A DNA stretch of 64,000 bases from Eutreptiella sp. 'Long Island Sound 2002' (lineage: Eukaryota; Protista; Euglenida), in the NCBI GenBank assembly GCA_964036045.1, contig OZ038378.1:183272001-183336000 (forward strand). The letters are read 5' to 3'. Position numbers and translations under genes: made by a program. Of the stretch, positions 57,640-64,000 are shown piece by piece (position 1 is the stretch's first letter; every line of letters starts with the position of its first letter). The notes beneath the pieces are model-generated. The model was not told where the DNA came from. It did not search any database and was given only the letters and a program-made list of their open reading frames with translations.

Positions 57640-58899
57640 CTAAGCACGCCGACCCAGTCTGAGTGTTGTTTTCCTGACTTTAAGCGTGCTTATGCAAGGG
57701 GGGCTACAATAAGGTCCTGGGCCTCAAAATCCACGCACCCTTCCTAATATGGCGTCCGTCTGTCCCGCCCGTCTGTCCGTCCCGGCCGGCCGGCGGTCCG
57801 TTCTGCCCGTCCGTCTTCCTTTAACACGGCGCTCCACCTTCGCTCACCCCCGGCTGGTTGGCCTCTGTAGCGGCAGGAGCACCAATGATATATGTTAACC
57901 ATTGACCCAAGCTGACCTCCCTCCTCGATATGATCTCCCTAACCTGCACTGAACCCCTTACACAGCCATTCAGACCGCACTGGGCTCCTTCATACCCCCC
58001 CCCCCTCCCCCCGCTGGGGAGGGGACCGTCACTTGGCCGTCTTCTGGGTTCGGGCCGTTGTTGGTTGTTTGATCTTCCGGTGCTATTGAAGATTCGCTGC
58101 CCAAACGGATAAAGGATGCTCCAGCTACTCCTGAGGTGAAATCCTGGAAACATCAAAAAGGTCGCACTATGTGACAACACTTGCAGCCGGCATGGATTCG
58201 CAATCCGTGATGCTGGGTGCCCAAAGTGCCGTTGGACGGTGGAACGGCGAACAATAGTTAAATAACCCTCGCCATCCGAGGGACCCCTTGGTGGGGAGGC
58301 ACACAATGGTCGGTGGGGTCATGAGGAATGGTGACAAATGTTGAGCGATGAGGGTAGCCATTGAACGAAACCCACTAGGCTGAGATTTCCATTGGGTGAA
58401 ATACCATCACATGCATATTTCGGACGGGAAACAATGAGGCACATTGATTGGTTGAACTTGGCCAATCACAACATCCCATCTTGCCACCACAACATGTCGT
58501 TGATGACTTGCCCATGATATGTTGATGACTTGCCCATGATATGTGCCCATGCTGATGTTGACACCTTTTGAAAGGTTGATAGGAGTGTCCGCTGTCAACC
58601 CTTACCCTCACAATCCATCCTAGCCCTCACAATCCACCCTGGCCAAGACCTAAGGCAAAATTTGATGCTAAACAAAAGTGAAAAATGTCTAAGGCGGAGA
58701 CTTTTAGCATATATTAGAACTCATCATATGAACCCGAAGATGCAAGAGGGGAAGGGAGCAAGTGTGGGGGGGCGATGGCAGCTTTGCAAGCTTTGATGGT
58801 TCAAGTTTTGACGGTTGAACAATATATACCGGGGGCAACAAAGGCAATGACCCATGCCAACCAACAACTATGAGGTCCCTTAGCGGCATTCTTTTGATC

Positions 58900-60600
58900 T
58901 GGGTACTCCACACGGGGAGAGAGAGTGTGTGAGAGAGGGAGAGAGAGAGAGAAAACTATTCTTATAGAGAAATCCCTTCAAATATGATGGAACCAATATT
59001 GTGGAGGCAATGCATGGTGAGGGCAAGAATAGAGGCCTGGGATGGACGTCCCTTTTCTCCCGGATACGGAGTTGGGTAGGAGAAATTCTGCCCACAATGG
59101 GTTTTTTTGAAGGGTGAAAGTGGGTTTGTGAGGGGGGGCAGGAGGGGGGGGTTGAAAGGGGTTGCCGGGCCTATGGGTTGTTTGCAAGGGCTTGTGGGGT
59201 TACCTAGAAAACTGTGTGCAGGATTGTAGCCAATTTGTCTCATCCCTCGCTTTGGGGTGGTTATGTAACCACCTTGATTTCTTTCCCTTCTTTGGGGTCC
59301 TGAGACGGCAAGGGTTGCATATTGGGGGCGGGGGGTGGGGGATGGGCCTAAGAGGGAGGTTGGGGTGAACGGTGTGTGGTGGGTGGCACTATTCCCCCTA
59401 TATGCCCCCACAAGAGGGAGAGGACATTCCCTTCCCCTCTGAGGCTTGTATTTGGTTTGTCGATGCAACATGTATACCAAAAGATGTGTGAGGCCACGGC
59501 CAAGCAACACCACAAGTCATACGATTCTCAAAAGGTAGATCCTCGTAACTACTAGGTAGGCTCCCCTCCAAGATGCAGCTCTTTGATCTTGCAAGGAGGG
59601 CACCTTACAAGATTGTTGAAGGCCTATGTTTGATGAATTGCTCTCTACATAGGCCTGGTACTTTTTGTAATTTGGTAGTTTTTTGTGTATGTAGCCCGCT
59701 CTCCATGCGAGAGGTTGCCTACAGTGGAGAGTGTGCCAGTGTCAAGTTTGGCCACTTTTTGGTGAAGGTGAGCTAAGCCCTGAAGAAGGTATTCCTTCTC
59801 CACCTAGTCATTGATGGCTCAAAAACAGATTCTGATCATCCTAAGGAGGGAGCAGGACGCAATGTGTGCGCACCATGCATCTTTTTTTCCCTTAGATATC
59901 TCCCCCGACCCCATTTGTTTTGCTTGATTGTTGCCCCATGAAGTGCTGTGTTGCTGCGCTGTTACCCCATTTCACACTAACTTCCTTGAGTGTTGCCGTG
60001 TACGTGTTATCCCTTGGTCTCTAGCTCAGCAACACAATGTCATTGTTTTGGCTTCAAGCTGGTACCCTTCTATCACCGCAACAGTGCAAATGAGTGAGTT
60101 CCTGCTATTGTTCTTGGCTCCTCACATCACCCTAGTGATTGCTTTAATTGCTCAAGTCATGTAGGGGGCGCACTTAGCGCAGTGCAAGCGCAGTGCAACT
60201 ATTTGGGCGTGTGGCCGTACTGGAGACCCATACTTTGTGATACTGAGAGTAGGTTTTGATACTTCTTCCACTTTGGGGATCTGGCATTTTTGGATTTTCA
60301 CCTAGTTTCACCCATTTCCACCTTTTTTCACCCTTTTTTGCTCATTTCCACCACATCCACTCTTGCCTAGGTTGATTTCTCCCCACCATGGGACCTCCAG
60401 AAGCAGAGGTGATGCATCCCTGTTGTTTTCCCCCCATCATGGGGACCCCGAGCAGGCACAGTTGATGTCGGACCTCAGGATCATGATCAAGGCCGAGGGA
60501 CAATGCAGCATCCTCTCCAAAGGCTGTATCTCGTCCAAGTACTATAATCCAAGCCTTCCAAGCATTCCAAGGTGACTTCATGGGCTTGATCAACGCCAAG
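58900..60600 (-). mobile_element. Highly decayed LINE-like remnant
   Basis: Scattered motif-like fragments (WIIVLGRD, endonuclease-like; RECPLPL, QGCPLSP-like) among many stops. Confidence 0.3.
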
Positions 60601-62096
60601 GATCCTTCGTGCTAGCCAAGACGTATCATGCCGTCACCCCGAGACGGTCGGCAGCGGGGCTATGCTAGACGGCCATACGTAGCGCCCCCGGGTCCATCGT
60701 CCCACTCCCATTCGTGGAAGATGGACCACCTCCCACCCCCACTGAAGGAGGTCTCCCAGGGTCTATAGTGGGACCTGCTCCCGAGGCAGGGGTGATATAA
60801 GGGCGTTTGGAAGGGGTGTGCTTGAGGACTCTTCAGGGGGAACCTGGTCTAAAAAGTAGCGCGCAGTGCAAGGGAGCCCCCATAGCACATATGCACATTG
60901 TGCTATCAATTTTGGTAATGTGATTGCAGCATGCATTTGAATATCTATATGTTCTACAGCACTTATTGTTCTATGTTCCAGATTCTTTGCCGCTTTTCAC
61001 ATTCTGCAAAGCTTTGATCGCAGAATGTCAGTTCAAACTGTGAGAACCTGATCAGACGCCCGTTTAGTGGCTGTTTTCTTGGTGCCCATGTTGCTATCTA
61101 GGGCCTTTCTGTGAGGGTCCGTTTGGGGGGTGAAAGTTGTGTAGTTGCCCTCAAGGGTGAGCTCCATGCGCCCCTTGCCCCTAAGTGGCCTGCAATCAGT
61201 TTCGGAACACCCTGTGACCCTACTCTGGCACATGCACAATGTGCCACAAGTTGACCTGGGAGCATCCCCAAATATCCCATTTCCAAGCCATTCTTAGGTT
61301 TACAGGGACACAGCAGGGCAACAACATGCCAACAGTGGCCGTTCATGGTGTTAAAAAAAAACACTTCTTCCATCTTAGGTGGGCTTGATCACTTTTCTTG
61401 TTGGAACCTTTGGAACCAAATATTTTGTGACGCATTTTTTTTCACCACAGTGATGCGCATAAAGCCCTATGCTGGCATTCCCACAATGCAACACTCCCAA
61501 TTACTAAAAGTGTGTTGATAGGCGTGTTGTGCATGTGGCAGAGCAATGTTCTTGTGTATTGTCAGCCACCCCAAAGATGCTTGCAGGGCAGTGCAGGGCG
61601 TTCCACGCTGTCCAAAGCAGCCCATGGTGGACAATTCGAGCAATGGGTCATTTTAGTGCATCTATATACCATTTTGGGCTCACAATGGGTCGCGGAGGGT
61701 CACAACAAGGTGCCAAACAGTGAGAACAGGTGTGGGTCCATGGTGTACGTGGGTCTGAATGCATCAGGCATCGACCGCACTGCATCTGGCTCTCCCATAC
61801 TTGAATCCGTCAAAAAGCAGCAGTTTCTGCCCATTCTTGACAAGTTTACAACCCGCCACCTCTATTTGCTCATGACCGGCTACCGCTGCTCAAAATTTTC
61901 GTGATTCAATTCATTTTCTCAGGTGTTGTCTGTCAAAGTTCAGGCACTTCGTTGCCGAATGCTTTCTTGGTCTGCAGTCGGACGAGGCATTACAATCAGA
62001 TCAGATACAAACAACTGCCGTGTTGCTGTGTTACATTCCATGTGTGCGCGTGTCTGATGCCTGCACGGACTTGCTGTCAGCAGACCACTTGGAAAG

Positions 62097-63650
62097 ATGT
62101 GTGCAAATGTGAAACTATCCGAGTTGCCTGAGGATGTGTTGCTGCTCGTCACTGATTTCACGGGCACCGCAGGATGCAGTCACGTGTGTGCACGAATGTG
62201 GAATATACTGCATCATCGACATGTATGCCTCGTAATTTGCGAAGAATGGTACGTTTCAATTATGATCAAAGGCTTCTGCACGGAGGCACTGCACACTGTG
62301 ACTCTGCGTCTTCACAATGTGGGAGACGTTGGTGCCCAAGCACTAGCTGGATTGAAAGATGCGCCCGCACTGCATACTCTGGTTCTTGACCTGAGCAACA
62401 ACAATATTGGACACAGTGGTGCCCAAGCTCTGGCTGGACTGAAGGATGCAGCTGCACTGTATGCCCTGACTCTGAATCTGAGTTTCAACGATGTGGGACA
62501 CATAGGTGCGCAAGCACTTGCTGGATTGAAGGATTCAGCTTTGCTGCGTACTCTGGCTCTTAGTCTGGGCGCCAACAACATAGAAGACCTAGGTATCCAA
62601 GCATTGTCTGGACTGAAGGATGCGCGTGCACTGCACAGTCTAACCCTGAATGTCCCAGCCAACAATGTGGGATACAGCGGTGCACAAGCGCTTGCCGGAT
62701 TGAAAGATGCACCTGCACTGCATGTGCTGGCTCTTGATCTGAGCTTCAACGCTGTGGGCGACAGTGGTGCCCGGGCGCTTGCTGGATTGAAGGATGCACC
62801 TTCACTGCACTCTCTAAGTCTGAATCTGTGCAACAACTCTATGGGAGGTAGTGGTGCCCAGGCGCTTGCTGGACTGAAAGATGCACCTGCACTGCACTCT
62901 CTGGCGCTGATTTTGGGTGCCAGCAACGTGGATGACAGTGGTACCCAAGCACTATCTGCGGTGAAGGATGCAGCTGCATTGCACCCTGTGGTCCTTAATG
63001 CCACCACCAACAATGTAGGGGACAGTGGGGCCCAGGCTCTTGCCGGATTGAAAGATGCAGTTGCGCTGCGCACTCTGACCCTTGATCTGAGCTTCAACAG
63101 TGTGGGAGACAGTGGGGTGCAGGCGCTTGCTGGATTGAAGGATGCACCTGTGCTCCATATCCTGACTCTTAATCTTTGCAACAACGAAGTGCGAGTTTGT
63201 GGCGTGCAAGCGCTTGTTGCATTGAAAGATGCACCTGCACTGCACACCCTGACTCTTGATCTGAGCAACAACCTTGTGGGACACCGTGGTGCCCAAGCTC
63301 TTGCTGGACTGAAGGATGCATCTGCACTCCGCACCGTGATTTTGAATCTGAATTTCAACAATGTGGGGCGCATCGGTGCCCAAGCGCTGGCTGGATTGAA
63401 GGATGCGCCTGTACTCCATACACTGACTCTGAATCTGTGCAACAATTCCGTGGGAGGCAGCGGTGCCCAGGCGCTTGCTGGATTAAAGGATGGAGCTGCA
63501 TTGCACTCTCTAACTCTTGATCTGCGCAACAACAACGTGGGACACAGTGGCGTGCAAGCGCTATCTGGATTGCGGGCTGCATCTACATTGCGCACTGTGA
63601 CTTTGAAACTTGATGCAGATGAAGATGAGGATGGACGACGCTTGAAGTGA
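62097..63650 (+). CDS. Intronless F-box-like plus RNI-like leucine-rich-repeat protein (about 15 x 29-aa repeats), 517 aa
   Basis: N-terminal LSELPEDVLLLV...CSHVC..MW is F-box-like; repeat ALHTLTLDLSNNNVGDSGAQALAGLKDAP has an 87-nt period (ggattgaa at 62349, ggactgaa at 62436). Confidence 0.88.
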   Translation: MCANVKLSELPEDVLLLVTDFTGTAGCSHVCARMWNILHHRHVCLVICEEWYVSIMIKGFCTEALHTVTLRLHNVGDVGAQALAGLKDAPALHTLVLDLSNNNIGHSGAQALAGLKDAAALYALTLNLSFNDVGHIGAQALAGLKDSALLRTLALSLGANNIEDLGIQALSGLKDARALHSLTLNVPANNVGYSGAQALAGLKDAPALHVLALDLSFNAVGDSGARALAGLKDAPSLHSLSLNLCNNSMGGSGAQALAGLKDAPALHSLALILGASNVDDSGTQALSAVKDAAALHPVVLNATTNNVGDSGAQALAGLKDAVALRTLTLDLSFNSVGDSGVQALAGLKDAPVLHILTLNLCNNEVRVCGVQALVALKDAPALHTLTLDLSNNLVGHRGAQALAGLKDASALRTVILNLNFNNVGRIGAQALAGLKDAPVLHTLTLNLCNNSVGGSGAQALAGLKDGAALHSLTLDLRNNNVGHSGVQALSGLRAASTLRTVTLKLDADEDEDGRRLK

Positions 63651-64000
63651 CGGTCAAGACTGCAGTGGGAGGCGCTGCATAAGCGGTCTGCCAATGTTTG
63701 CGGGGCACCAGCAATTCGTTGGGTGTACCATACGGGGCTCTCATGCAACTGAAATTCATCCATTCTTCGTAAAGTCTAGAACGGACTGCTTCTCAACAGC
63801 ATCTCCTCTCAAGCCACTTTGGAGGGTGTGAGCAAGACGGTATACCAGACTGGAGCATGGGCTCCTGCGGGGAATGGGCAGGGAGCGGTACGTGGGTGGC
63901 ACAGGGTGGGCTGCTGGAAGATTTCTGCCTGTGGCAACTAGTACTTTGTGACCTGAAGGTGGCAGGCATCCTCTTTGTCGAAGCCATGCCTTTTTGTGTG

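Noticed and set aside
57584-57665. C/D snoRNA reading (cac-TGATGA...CTGA-gtg, 75 nt)
   Set aside because: The D box lies outside the TSD-bounded insert, in the host repeat's gtctga motif, so the box pairing is probably coincidental.
62312-63763. 483-aa antisense ORF
   Set aside because: Shadow of the periodic LRR gene on the plus strand.

Overview
Eukaryotic, intron-containing, very repeat-rich genomic DNA. It is most likely from a photosynthetic euglenid. That is an inference from a euglenid-style plastid presequence, the weak GT donor consensus, GC-rich exons and a Euglenozoa-type LRR remnant; it is not established by the sequence. I reconstructed these genes by hand with GT-AG introns and phase checks: an LsrG-like ABM-barrel protein (minus strand, 2 exons found, 5' exon missing), CutA (2 exons), a 1.1-kaa Pro/Gln/Ala-rich orphan (2 exons), a full-architecture CHFR-like E3 ligase (FHA-RING-Cys-rich-PBZ, 5 exons, 838 aa), a TPR protein (2 exons), a low-complexity orphan and an intronless F-box-like/29-aa-LRR protein. 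Between them lie an intact PIF/Harbinger(IS5)-type DDE transposase with GATCC-rich arrays, many LINE RT/RNase H remnants and a pogo remnant. There are also TSD-flanked small inserts (a dimeric tRNA-derived SINE, a poly(A) retroposon and a 125-bp structured insert with half a hammerhead core), a 162-bp satellite element set in telomere-like tracts, and a 700-bp nested palindrome. Top leads: the putatively plastid-targeted LsrG, the GATCC/Harbinger element system, the 125-bp structured insert and the complete CHFR. No database searches or folding programs were run.
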